Origin: Clostridiales bacterium
Lineage (GTDB): Bacteria; Bacillota; Clostridia; Christensenellales; UBA1242
Direction: 5' to 3'
Length of the DNA: 64,000 nt
Assembly: GCA_015055605.1 (NCBI GenBank)
Contig: SVHV01000001.1
Span: 513,999 to 577,998 of the forward strand
The notes below the pieces were generated by a model. The model was given only the letters and a program-made list of their open reading frames with translations, did no database searches and was not told where the DNA came from. Shown here in pieces: positions 48,001 through 57,141 of this stretch; the stretch's first letter is position 1, and each line of letters begins with the position of its first letter. The position numbers were made by a program, and so were the translations under genes.

Positions 48001-51000
48001 ACAGATACACAAGTATTCTGGAAAAACTATTCTACCCTACTTTATAACGGCAAGATTAGTCAATCTAGAATTTATAAGTATACCAATTATAAAGACATTT
48101 ATGGTAATCTAGTTTTATCAGCCGATAATAGAGAAGTTTATGATAATAACAATACATACTTCAAAGATATTTACTGTAAAGATGATGGTTACTACGAAGT
48201 AATTATTAAATACACATATACTTATTACAAGGTTTTAGGTGTACCAGAAGAAGACACTGTTGCAATGGAATTCTATCAACTATTTACCTTTATCATTGAC
48301 AACAACTCTCCTAAGATTACATTTGAGGTAGAAACAGATGAACTTGATGCTGGTGGCAAACCTGTATACGAAACACTACTACCATCTAGCTTCACTAATA
48401 AAGTTGTTAGAATCTCATGGCTAGTTCCAACCTACTTCCAAAACAATATCTATATCGAAGTAGATAAACAAAACTTTGATGGTGTTACTACAGACCTACC
48501 ATTCCTTGCTAGATTTGATGGTGAAAATCCAGACGGAATGCTTCCTATCGTATTAGCAAACACACAAAACGAAACTTATGTAAGAAGTATTTCAACATTT
48601 ACTAAGAGTGAAGATAAATCAAGGTATTATGTTACATTTAGACTCCCTGCAGATAGACCTGACTGGAACCTAGATGGACACTATAATGTAACTATTTACT
48701 ATGGTACAGAAAATACTGACGGAACAAAACCTAGCGTTACACAAAAATACACTTCAGACAACAAGAAGATAGCAGGAATGACAGTTGTTCCAGTTATGCT
48801 TAATGACCAAGGATACTATATTGTAAATGACGAATTACAACTAAAAGCTAATCAACAGATAGTAAACACAGACTTTACATTTAGATATTCACCAAAAGCC
48901 AGTGGTGCTCAAATATTTACATACTGGCACAAAATCACATTTACAAAAGCATCTGATTATGACGAATTAATCAACGCATCAAACGACAAACAAGGTATTA
49001 CAACTAATTTCGCTCTATACGGTACAGATGATGAAATTAATATAGGTAAACTATATAATTACAATTATGAGACAACTAGTAGAATTGCTAATGGAAACTA
49101 TTTCACTAGTCCTACAAGCTGTATGTACTTATTTAGAATGAAAGACCAGGCTGGTAACGAGTGTAGATATGTAATATTCTACGATACCACAGCTCCTAGA
49201 TTCTTAGTTGACCCAAAACCAAATAACAAAAATAATATCGTTAGTGATGTTACAACAGTTACATGGGGCGATTACAAAGCAATCAAGGTTAATGCTGCTG
49301 ATACACTATCTCTATTACCATCAATCAATGAGTATACAAAAATTGAAGAAATCACACCTCCAGATAGACTACAAGAAGCATTATCTTATATCAATGGTGC
49401 TACTGGTGGAAAATTCAATAATGCTAAAATTGAAAAAATAGAAGATACTTATTATATTCTAATACCTATTCAAAATGCACAAATTACAGATGAGGAAGGC
49501 AAAGTTTCTGCAATCAAAGATATTAGTAGATACTACTTCTTCCCTAATAGTCCAATAGTTGATGACACAACAATCAAACTCCCTGCCCTAGATGCTAGTG
49601 GAAAAATCATTGTTGAAACTGCTGGAATCAAATTTGAAAACCACACTTATGACAGTACAAAAACAACAACATCTACCACTTATGATTTCTATGGAGATGT
49701 TGCTAGAGAGTACATCTCTACAGTATATGGTACAAACAATACTGCCCTAACAGGTGTTAGTGGTACAGGACTATATTATTATGCAATATTTGACGAATTG
49801 GGAAATAATAGCTTAGGCGATATTTGGATGAACTTAGACAAGACCCAAACACTTGCTTATGCAACTTTCACCAATTCAGAGACTATTACAACAGCAACAG
49901 GTCTTACTGGTGAAGCAGCTAAATCTTATGCTGCAGCTAAATTATATATTTCTTCTCTACAAAATACTAAAGTAGACCAGAAAGTAATTCCTGATTACAA
50001 GCTAAGTTACACATATCATGCATACAATGCAACATTCTACGAAAACTATGCAATAACAAATGTAGAATATATCAAGCCTGATGCTGGTGCTACAGACCTA
50101 TCTGCATACTTAAGAATCACCTACACTGGTGCATCTGATACCAAAGTAGTTGATATGAAGATATTTGATGAGGACAACAATAGATACCACGCAATCAGTT
50201 ATCCTTACGATATGCAAGGCTCTGCTATAATATCTGACACTCAAGGTAATCCAAAACACATCTATGATGAGAGCTTGTCAGACTATATTACAGAAAAAGA
50301 GGACCTAACTCAGAGAATATTCTCTTCTGTTATAAACCCATCTGTAGATACATCAACTGGTGAAATCATTACACAAGAAGGTTTATATATCTTCAAGAGA
50401 GAGTATGATAAAAATATCGCACCTGAGATACTCGGCACAGACACTAGAGTAATCTATCGTATATATTATGTAGATAGAAACGGTATAATTTCTGTTCCTG
50501 TTAATGATAGTGCAGCTAGTAGCCTATACAATATAGGTAGCGACATTGAATTCTTATTAGGAAGCAATTACAAAGATACAGACAATCAAAAATTAATCAC
50601 TGCAAATAACATTCAGAATAACCAAGTATCAAATAATACTTCATATAGCAATTCAAGTTATACTAGTGCAAACTTGTTTACAACCAACAAAGTAGAAACC
50701 AAGTTTACTTTAACTACAGATAAGTACAACTTCGCTAGTTTCCATAATTCATACATTGCTCTTCAATCGCAAGAGACTGAATTAGCAACAATAGTTAAAC
50801 AATCGTTACTTAACAAAAACTTGTTTGAATCAATCTTTAAATTAGATTTAGTTCTAAATAAAGGTGCTAACGGAACCAAGATTATTGATGAAACAAATGT
50901 AAACGCAACTCAAAGATATAACTCTACCCTAATGAAGAGATATATTACTGAGTATCAGGATATTGCATCTATTGATGGCAGACTAAATGAAAATTCATTC

Positions 51001-54000
51001 TTCTATGGCGACCCACTAAATGCATACTATATAACACTTAGTGACCAATCAGGACATATCCTTAGAGAGCCAAACGACAGAGGTGAATTAGAAACAAAAT
51101 CTACTAACCATCAACCTAACAATCTACAAATCACATTCAATATCAAACATGTTGCTCCTTCTGGAGAAATGTATGGTAAATATTATGGTGAAATAGATTA
51201 TGATGAGGATAATGGTGGTACATCTGCTAGTATACCTATCACAACAACTGATAATGGATTACAAAAAGCTGGTAGCTACGCCCTAATCTCTCATTATCTA
51301 AATGAAGAACAAGGACAATTAAAATCATTATCAGACAACCAAACACCAGTAACTACTGCGTCAGGTTCAACAGTATCACTACTTAGTACAAATAACGAAA
51401 CATTAGTATTCCTATTCGCAATCACTAATGACGAATATATGGCTAAGATTGATATCAATAATATTCAAGTATATCAAAATGGTATGACTACAGAACACCT
51501 ACTCTTCAATAGAAGTTTAGACCCAACTACAGGTGTTGTTAAGAACCATACTACAAAATTAGTTCCTAGCCAAGATAGACAAAATGGCTCGTTTATCTGT
51601 AATGTTATAGGAGATACAACATATTATGCTATTATCATATTCGATAATAACTTAGAGAAAATCCTTGACGAAGACGAAAAAACTGCTCCACAAAACTATC
51701 ACAACTTCAGACTATTAGATAGCCTTGAAAATGTTGATTTGGCTAATTATTATATCAAAATTCATTATGTTGGAGAAGAAGACGATTATCAGTCAGACCT
51801 AGAAGGAAATACTGTATCATACTTCAGCACAACTTATGAAATCACAGTTGACAGAATCAAACCTAAGTATAATCTAGTTCAATTAATGGCATTAGATAGA
51901 TATACTTACAAGGGAAATACTGTTACTGATAGCAAAGATTATGAGTTATTATTTGATGAATTATCACCTTATTATAACTTTAAATATGATGAGAAAACAG
52001 ATTTCTATAATAGCGACTTAGAAAATTACTTCTTTGCAATCGACTCTAGAGCAAGTAGCTCATTCACATTCAAGAGCGTTGACAAATTAGATAGTGTTAA
52101 CGGTTTCTATATTAGACCTCTTAGCACAGATGGTGCGAGCTTCAATATCAAAGATTATAAGTTCTCATATACACCAGATGATTATGTTATATATAATGAT
52201 GCTCAATTAAGAGGAGAACACAATCAGTTCGTTCCTAGTAACGCAACATCTATTCTATTTGATGACTCAAATAAAATCTACTACCCTGTAGATGCAAATA
52301 GAAAAGCTGCATTACAAACTAACCAATATTACTACTGTCCATACATTGACGGCGAGATGTCAGTTAATCACATGCTTACTCAAGGTATCTTAAAACAAGG
52401 TAACTACTACGAGATATTAGAGTGTGACGAAGCTGGTAACTACAGAGTATATGGTATTTATGTTCATGATGCAGAGAATGACAATGTTAAATTTAGATAT
52501 CAAGCATTCAGTGGCGCACCTTATAGCACTGGAGAAGTAAAATATTCAGGCTCAATCGCATCTATTGGTGGTATCACATTTAACTTCACAAACTACTCTA
52601 CTGGAGACCTATTCATCAAAGGAATTATTAATGTTCAAGCAGGTAGCCTACAAGAGCAATTATATATCTACTACAACCCTATCACTCTTGAGATTAAGGT
52701 AACAGATATATCAAACAATGTCCTTGAAACAATTGATAATGTAACGCTTGATGTTTATGTCACAGAATTCCTTGATATAATCAATGAAAAGATTGCATAC
52801 TACAATACAATCATTTCTGATAAATCTAGTAAATACTATTCAGAATATGGTTACATTGTTGACCTCACTATCGTTGATAGATTAGGAATCCCAGCATCTT
52901 ATGATTCAAAGATTCTAAACAACTATATAATCACCTACTCTGTAGCAGGTAGTGAAATAGTTCCAGAATTTACAAACAAAGCAACAACTTTTGAAATGTA
53001 TGTTCCTTCTATGAAAGGCTCTACATATATTACAAAGGTAAAGGCATCACAATTTAACAAAACATGGTTAGAAAAAGATGTGGACAGCGAAGGCAACCAA
53101 TTCACTAAACACAGTAACGAATTCAAAACCAAAGGTGCAAGATATATCCTAACAAAAGGCGTTTATAGATTCGAAATAACCGACAACTTCGGTAGAACAT
53201 CTGTATACTTCCACGAGTTTGGAATTAGTAGCTCACAAACTGGCGGAAGCATTAGGTATTATGGCAATCACACCACACACACTGACAATTTCACATATAC
53301 GGGAGAAATGTTCAGTTATACTTATGATTCTTCTATATATGATGTATTCATTAGATACACAGGAGAACATGCAGATACTGGAGCATATTGTAATAGCGAA
53401 GAAATATATGGTAGCAATAGCAACTATACAAATGATGCTCTAAGACAATTCGGTATTCAATCCGTAATCACAAACAACAATATCACTACTATTACATTTG
53501 TTGGTGTTTCTAAAAATAGACAACTTAGCAAGTATGAAATCAAAACAATTCTTGCTAGTACAGCAACAGATTATACATGGGGTGATGAACTTACAAATAA
53601 TCAAATATTTGTATATGATTACAAGATGGCTATATACAATGCAATACCTCAAGTAACCGTTAGAAACATGAAAGGTGTAACACTAGATACTAGCACACAC
53701 TTAAATCTAACTGAGGACTTCCAACTAGTTCTTAACTGGGGTAGCACATTAGTTTCTGAGAGAATTGACTTCAACACTCAAATCGAACTTACTAGGAAAT
53801 ACACAGAAAACAATGTAACTAGAACAGCAGTATACAGAGTTAGTTCTGAATATATTGTTACCCTACCAGGTGAATATACTGCAAAAGCTGTTAACTCATT
53901 AGGTAAACAAAGTGCAACTATATCATTCACTAGAGGTGACGGTGAAATCTCTATGTATGCAGTATATGCCGTAACAAATCAAGGCAAATCACAGAAGCAA

Positions 54001-55686
54001 TTAGAGGCATCATCATATACAACTGTTAATGCAACAGACAACAAAACCGAATTCCACTACTTCATCACAGATGACTACTTCAATTATATTGACCTAGAAA
54101 GTGGCAATGAAGTTACAAAAGATGTTATCTATGATAACAATATTACACTCTCACAAATCATGGGTGTAAACAAACAAAAAGGTACTTACCTAGATGTAAG
54201 AGTAAATAGTAACTTAAATCTAAATGCTGATATCATTAGTTACGAATATATTGATGTTGATGGCTTAGGTACTCAATATGAATATATTGTTAAATACCAG
54301 ATTTACTCAAATGTTCAGAGTTCTGATAGTTATATCTATAGATATGCAATTATCCACTTCTTACCTAGCTCAGCAACATACCTAATAGACACTACTGTTG
54401 TTGACATCGGAACAATTGATAATAGACTAGTTGAGAATGAGAATATCGTACAGAGCGTTTCAGCTAATGGTATGAAAATCACATTCACACTATCTGCTAC
54501 TAGTCTAGACTATCAATATATCGAAGGAAATACATTGTATCTAGAAAGATATTATAACAACGAACTAATCGAAACAGTAGTTGTAGATGTTCTAAATGTA
54601 ACCGAAGGTGAAGTAACATACTCATTCAATATCAAGAATGTTGGTTTACATCAATTCGCAGTTAGAGATCTAGCAGGTAGACAACATATATTCACTAACC
54701 TACCTACAGCAAAGAATAATACAAGTTTACTATACATCTACCTAATCAACCAGATTCTTTACGAAGTAAACAACGAAACACCTATTAATAATCAAGTATT
54801 TAATGATGCTATCAAGATTAACATTATATCCGAACTAGACGGACTAACACTATATAATGCAGAGTCTTTAGGTATCACAGTTTATAGAAATGGTGTTCAG
54901 ATTCCAGCAAACAATGAAAAAGGTGTCCTTAATATAACCGAACCAGGTTACTACACAATCGAAATCGTAGCAACAACCGAACTAAGTAGTAGCACGGTTG
55001 CAAATCAAGAGATTGCCTCTTCATATAGCTTTGCAATTATTAGAAATGATATTGCTAGAAATAGTTTCAATATTTCTAAAGGTTCTAACTTTGTTATTGA
55101 AAATGTTACAAAGATAGTCATGAATGAAAGATATGATGTAACAGAAGAATTTAAAGTTTCCCCTAACGGAAATATTGATGCAGCAAACAATTATACATCT
55201 AGCTTAATTTGGCTATCATATAGCGAACAACAAAATAGTCATTATGAGATTACCCTTAAATCTTATAACACTATCACTAATTCTTATGTACCATTCTCAT
55301 TCAAAGTTTGGATTAATGACGAAAAACCAGTTATTCAATCTAATATTGAGTCAGGTATCAATACAAGAAGTACAATTGAATTGTATTACAACCCAGGCTT
55401 AATATTTGAACAAGTTGGTGCATGTACAGTAGAAATCAATGGTGTAACCTACGCAACTATTGATGAAAACAGTGAAATTGTTGTTAACACTATAACAATC
55501 AATAAGTCTGGCGAGTATTTAGTTAAAGTTATCTCTGATGACGGTACAATCTTAAGTACATATAAGTACATAAAGACTGACCCTATCAATGGTACAACTA
55601 AATTAATTATAATTGTTGTTTCATGCGCTGTTGTTGGCTTAGTAATTCTATTCTTCTTGATTAGAAAGAAAGGTAAATACAGATAA
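45049..55686 (+). CDS. Giant surface protein C (~3,545 aa): N-terminal signal sequence, Tyr/Thr/Asn-rich beta-sandwich arrays, C-terminal TM anchor
   Basis: The track ORF starts at 45034 (MEILR..). GGAG (45036-45039) lies 9 nt before ATG 45049, giving MKNKKFSWKNTLNSLIGCLSLVLVALIISVACMNPLSNFQA|KA. Recurrent strand motifs: KDQAGNECRYVIFYDTTAP (49141-), CDEAGNYRVYGIYV (~52424-), VRDLAGRQHIF (54661-), FDELGNNS, TDNFGRTS. Ends in a TM helix plus a basic tail. Confidence 0.9.
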   Translation: MKNKKFSWKNTLNSLIGCLSLVLVALIISVACMNPLSNFQAKALTKADIINGYNISFNSAKTKVRTASSYSFTYEGDSYEYMYSNNEETRLYSEVSAGSEYSSEYGSVSLQANSTELKQYIERERVPGSDGYIPGNVTHFRNVNDELEPIFYSEIDENDFAILSDNYRTPNTAKFNVENLYLSFGSPASEVDGKTKLADLTVTGELRTAEQFHILNIDSEIHAPYTDEEGNTKSSYYWYQYFDLNNVTAKLTGEQNSPTYKVIDPSGQYKLTFTFQRILPDGTSTADESFTYTFYLLDSADYNNYPEILNATLGYSNKNTTNEYFYNFAGENPSLLYSPSRYNISYTRQNNEITENITSVFTTGIYTNNATNQQYGKITFYNNEQYIRDVYILTNYSNDNTVLEYLYVSNTKQDLILSSFNDAGDTNSVINLLNADKLEFEYKLVTVLEENSEFHRESEFTTTTYITEVYSKLQWIGEDLTDLTNTDYYTVYTPATTDTVSKTISVYDNIVYYYNPDTDKLYRDAELTVELPATAFNYTPAADDLTIEITDGIFADTYSVISQTHLEDTIYFISARVDKTYYLYIKDRDNINTREAKIYIDSTHNTPAEDFEYTYNYGDDTLTITDGELSGRSYTITYEYTLLNKTSSELKHLLNPDTIAINYTYEIKFKELGVYTYEYNYICPWYNNATGTVVGTRYSSSKSVSTNRLTPYDYTLEYRTAEVQSVIDHTAGSEGSPDNKLFVTFSGYLNAENQVTINSKTYKFDPSTNTITVGAGTYTIGQTTTTLFGTVTVPTLYTIESLADGIKLYVRYQLGTVIYTTTPEKAAQDSSFYNYKYKDRTVIDYELSAGVNSTNINNSMPGDSYFYDLIRNLELQHSDNIPLVTYRYERHNQGADKLSIFGSIAYFSKEDASTDSGYAILEQIDSKEQKYFISDFTSLYVSMKHEDDSNITTNLLSQHTPTAGFSATYVGNGSGQVPLNQIIVTDTQVFWKNYSTLLYNGKISQSRIYKYTNYKDIYGNLVLSADNREVYDNNNTYFKDIYCKDDGYYEVIIKYTYTYYKVLGVPEEDTVAMEFYQLFTFIIDNNSPKITFEVETDELDAGGKPVYETLLPSSFTNKVVRISWLVPTYFQNNIYIEVDKQNFDGVTTDLPFLARFDGENPDGMLPIVLANTQNETYVRSISTFTKSEDKSRYYVTFRLPADRPDWNLDGHYNVTIYYGTENTDGTKPSVTQKYTSDNKKIAGMTVVPVMLNDQGYYIVNDELQLKANQQIVNTDFTFRYSPKASGAQIFTYWHKITFTKASDYDELINASNDKQGITTNFALYGTDDEINIGKLYNYNYETTSRIANGNYFTSPTSCMYLFRMKDQAGNECRYVIFYDTTAPRFLVDPKPNNKNNIVSDVTTVTWGDYKAIKVNAADTLSLLPSINEYTKIEEITPPDRLQEALSYINGATGGKFNNAKIEKIEDTYYILIPIQNAQITDEEGKVSAIKDISRYYFFPNSPIVDDTTIKLPALDASGKIIVETAGIKFENHTYDSTKTTTSTTYDFYGDVAREYISTVYGTNNTALTGVSGTGLYYYAIFDELGNNSLGDIWMNLDKTQTLAYATFTNSETITTATGLTGEAAKSYAAAKLYISSLQNTKVDQKVIPDYKLSYTYHAYNATFYENYAITNVEYIKPDAGATDLSAYLRITYTGASDTKVVDMKIFDEDNNRYHAISYPYDMQGSAIISDTQGNPKHIYDESLSDYITEKEDLTQRIFSSVINPSVDTSTGEIITQEGLYIFKREYDKNIAPEILGTDTRVIYRIYYVDRNGIISVPVNDSAASSLYNIGSDIEFLLGSNYKDTDNQKLITANNIQNNQVSNNTSYSNSSYTSANLFTTNKVETKFTLTTDKYNFASFHNSYIALQSQETELATIVKQSLLNKNLFESIFKLDLVLNKGANGTKIIDETNVNATQRYNSTLMKRYITEYQDIASIDGRLNENSFFYGDPLNAYYITLSDQSGHILREPNDRGELETKSTNHQPNNLQITFNIKHVAPSGEMYGKYYGEIDYDEDNGGTSASIPITTTDNGLQKAGSYALISHYLNEEQGQLKSLSDNQTPVTTASGSTVSLLSTNNETLVFLFAITNDEYMAKIDINNIQVYQNGMTTEHLLFNRSLDPTTGVVKNHTTKLVPSQDRQNGSFICNVIGDTTYYAIIIFDNNLEKILDEDEKTAPQNYHNFRLLDSLENVDLANYYIKIHYVGEEDDYQSDLEGNTVSYFSTTYEITVDRIKPKYNLVQLMALDRYTYKGNTVTDSKDYELLFDELSPYYNFKYDEKTDFYNSDLENYFFAIDSRASSSFTFKSVDKLDSVNGFYIRPLSTDGASFNIKDYKFSYTPDDYVIYNDAQLRGEHNQFVPSNATSILFDDSNKIYYPVDANRKAALQTNQYYYCPYIDGEMSVNHMLTQGILKQGNYYEILECDEAGNYRVYGIYVHDAENDNVKFRYQAFSGAPYSTGEVKYSGSIASIGGITFNFTNYSTGDLFIKGIINVQAGSLQEQLYIYYNPITLEIKVTDISNNVLETIDNVTLDVYVTEFLDIINEKIAYYNTIISDKSSKYYSEYGYIVDLTIVDRLGIPASYDSKILNNYIITYSVAGSEIVPEFTNKATTFEMYVPSMKGSTYITKVKASQFNKTWLEKDVDSEGNQFTKHSNEFKTKGARYILTKGVYRFEITDNFGRTSVYFHEFGISSSQTGGSIRYYGNHTTHTDNFTYTGEMFSYTYDSSIYDVFIRYTGEHADTGAYCNSEEIYGSNSNYTNDALRQFGIQSVITNNNITTITFVGVSKNRQLSKYEIKTILASTATDYTWGDELTNNQIFVYDYKMAIYNAIPQVTVRNMKGVTLDTSTHLNLTEDFQLVLNWGSTLVSERIDFNTQIELTRKYTENNVTRTAVYRVSSEYIVTLPGEYTAKAVNSLGKQSATISFTRGDGEISMYAVYAVTNQGKSQKQLEASSYTTVNATDNKTEFHYFITDDYFNYIDLESGNEVTKDVIYDNNITLSQIMGVNKQKGTYLDVRVNSNLNLNADIISYEYIDVDGLGTQYEYIVKYQIYSNVQSSDSYIYRYAIIHFLPSSATYLIDTTVVDIGTIDNRLVENENIVQSVSANGMKITFTLSATSLDYQYIEGNTLYLERYYNNELIETVVVDVLNVTEGEVTYSFNIKNVGLHQFAVRDLAGRQHIFTNLPTAKNNTSLLYIYLINQILYEVNNETPINNQVFNDAIKINIISELDGLTLYNAESLGITVYRNGVQIPANNEKGVLNITEPGYYTIEIVATTELSSSTVANQEIASSYSFAIIRNDIARNSFNISKGSNFVIENVTKIVMNERYDVTEEFKVSPNGNIDAANNYTSSLIWLSYSEQQNSHYEITLKSYNTITNSYVPFSFKVWINDEKPVIQSNIESGINTRSTIELYYNPGLIFEQVGACTVEINGVTYATIDENSEIVVNTITINKSGEYLVKVISDDGTILSTYKYIKTDPINGTTKLIIIVVSCAVVGLVILFFLIRKKGKYR
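55603..55683 (+). other. C-terminal membrane anchor of protein C (LIIIVVSCAVVGLVILFFLI + RKKGKYR)
   Basis: A 20-residue hydrophobic helix followed by a positively charged tail at the extreme C-terminus. No LPXTG-like motif precedes it. Confidence 0.7.
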
Positions 55687-55693
55687 AATACAC

Positions 55694-55731
55694 AAAAAAG
55701 AGTTAAAACAAAAAGTTTTAACTCTTTTTTT
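55694..55731. terminator. Bidirectional terminator between gene C and the Rho-like gene
   Basis: 11-bp stem agagttaaaac / gttttaactct (55699-55709 / 55715-55725), aaaaa loop, A-run upstream and T7 downstream. Confidence 0.7.
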
Positions 55732-55757
55732 ATTGAAATATTAAACCATTCAACAAC

Positions 55758-56981
55758 TTATCTAATAGTATTAAATAGCGGTAATATCTCTAAATTCATC
55801 ATATTTTCCATATCTGAAGGAATGCCATTTTTGTCTACACAAACAATAGTTATATATAGATTACTTAGAGTATTTTTTGCAGTATAAAGAATATTCTTGA
55901 CTTTATTAATTGCTTTTGCATTCATTTTTGAGAAATCATAGAATCCCTCAATTGCAACATTAAAAGACCTTATCATCTCACTAAATCCATATAAGAACAA
56001 TACTGTTGGTCTACCAATTTCTGCCTCTCTCTTCACTCTTTCAACAACTAATTCAATAGTATTCAAACCTGCAATTTCTGTCTTATTAAAGGGACAATTT
56101 ATAATTTCCATTTTTTGATTAGACTGAAAATCATCTTCGGGTCTTGCTCTAAAATTAATTACCTTAGTATAACAACTATTCTCATCAGCTAGTTCTTCTG
56201 CAATGCCAACACAATCTTTAATATCTAGCCCCTTGCAATATAACCTCTCACCTTGTTTTACTTCAAATTTATTTTTATCTAAATACAAAGTATCACCTAT
56301 AGGAGAGTATGGTAGTTGTTCATAATCCCACTTTGCCTTGTACGCAACAATATCATTATAATCAATTTCATACATAATTTTAGGCTTACCAACAACTATT
56401 GTTTTGATTTTACCTTTAATATACATACCTTTCTTTAGAGATTGCTTTTTGATTAGTGACTCTGTAATATATACATCTTCATCATCTGGTACATAGCCAT
56501 TCTTTCTAACTATGCCATATCCATCTGGATGAATATCTAAATATCCAGACATAGTCTCATTTTGTGAAGAATAAGTTGCCTCATTTTGACTAACAGACCA
56601 GCTATATGTACTTCTATTAGGAATTTTATAAGGTTCATCTGCAGATGTTGGTACTGCTTTTATAGTGACTTTTTCAGTAGGTTTAGTATTGTTATCTACA
56701 AATGTAGGTTTATCAGTTTTTTTATCAGGCTTAGATGCTCTATCAAGTAGCTTATTGAAAATACTTGACTTATCAGAAGTTAACAATGAAAAGAAATCTA
56801 ACTCTTCTTCTCCCCTATGAGAAGTAATACTGGACTCTTTATTCTCAAAAATTTCACTAATCTTAGAAATAAGTTCTTGTTTTTTCATGGTTGTAGGACT
56901 AGGAACACCTACAGTTCTAGCATAATCTCTAAGTTCATGTATTCTTAATTTTTCTACCTGTTCAATGTTAAATTCGTTCAT
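55758..56981 (-). CDS. Rho-like protein: Rho N-terminal and RNA-binding domains with a degenerate, shortened ATPase domain
   Basis: The track ORF starts at a TTG (56996); ATG 56981 gives MNEFNIEQ... LRIHELRDYARTVGVPSPTTMKKQELISKI matches the Rho_N pattern. GYLDIHPDGYGIVRKNGYVPDDEDVYITESLIKKQSLKKGMYIKGKI matches the Rho RNA-binding block GVLEIL.DGFGFLR...DDIYVSPSQIRRF.LRTGD. ELVVERVKREAEIGRPTVLFLYGFSEMIRSFN aligns to Rho [32 protein letters not shown]. No GxxxxGK[ST] is present where expected. Confidence 0.65.
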   Translation of the reverse strand: MNEFNIEQVEKLRIHELRDYARTVGVPSPTTMKKQELISKISEIFENKESSITSHRGEEELDFFSLLTSDKSSIFNKLLDRASKPDKKTDKPTFVDNNTKPTEKVTIKAVPTSADEPYKIPNRSTYSWSVSQNEATYSSQNETMSGYLDIHPDGYGIVRKNGYVPDDEDVYITESLIKKQSLKKGMYIKGKIKTIVVGKPKIMYEIDYNDIVAYKAKWDYEQLPYSPIGDTLYLDKNKFEVKQGERLYCKGLDIKDCVGIAEELADENSCYTKVINFRARPEDDFQSNQKMEIINCPFNKTEIAGLNTIELVVERVKREAEIGRPTVLFLYGFSEMIRSFNVAIEGFYDFSKMNAKAINKVKNILYTAKNTLSNLYITIVCVDKNGIPSDMENMMNLEILPLFNTIR

Positions 56982-57017
56982 AAAACACCCTACCAAAATT
57001 CACTTTTCAGTGTTTTT

Positions 57018-57046
57018 AGTATAGCAAAACGATACAAAATTGTAAA
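57018..57046 (-). promoter_or_regulatory. Candidate sigma-A promoter of the Rho-like gene (TTTACA-17-TATACT)
   Basis: The minus strand reads TTTACA (57046-57041), 17 nt, TATACT (57023-57018). Confidence 0.45.
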
Positions 57047-57112
57047 TTGCTTTTACCAAATAAGGGCGAAATTTTACAATTTTTGTCGAAAAAAGTCGAA
57101 ATTTTTACAAGT

Positions 57113-57141
57113 AAAGAAAAAAGAGATACTTACATATCTCT
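57113..57141 (-). terminator. Probable terminator overlapping the rnr stop codon
   Basis: agagata / tatctct stem (57122-57128 / 57135-57141). The minus-strand U-tract comes from the A-run at 57115-57121. Confidence 0.4.

Noticed and set aside
20869-55686. Search of the B and C translations for catalytic or sorting signatures (HExxH zinc-protease motif, LPXTG, SLH, choline/cell-wall-binding repeats)
   Set aside because: None was found by eye, so no enzymatic or sortase/S-layer call is made. A profile search is still needed.
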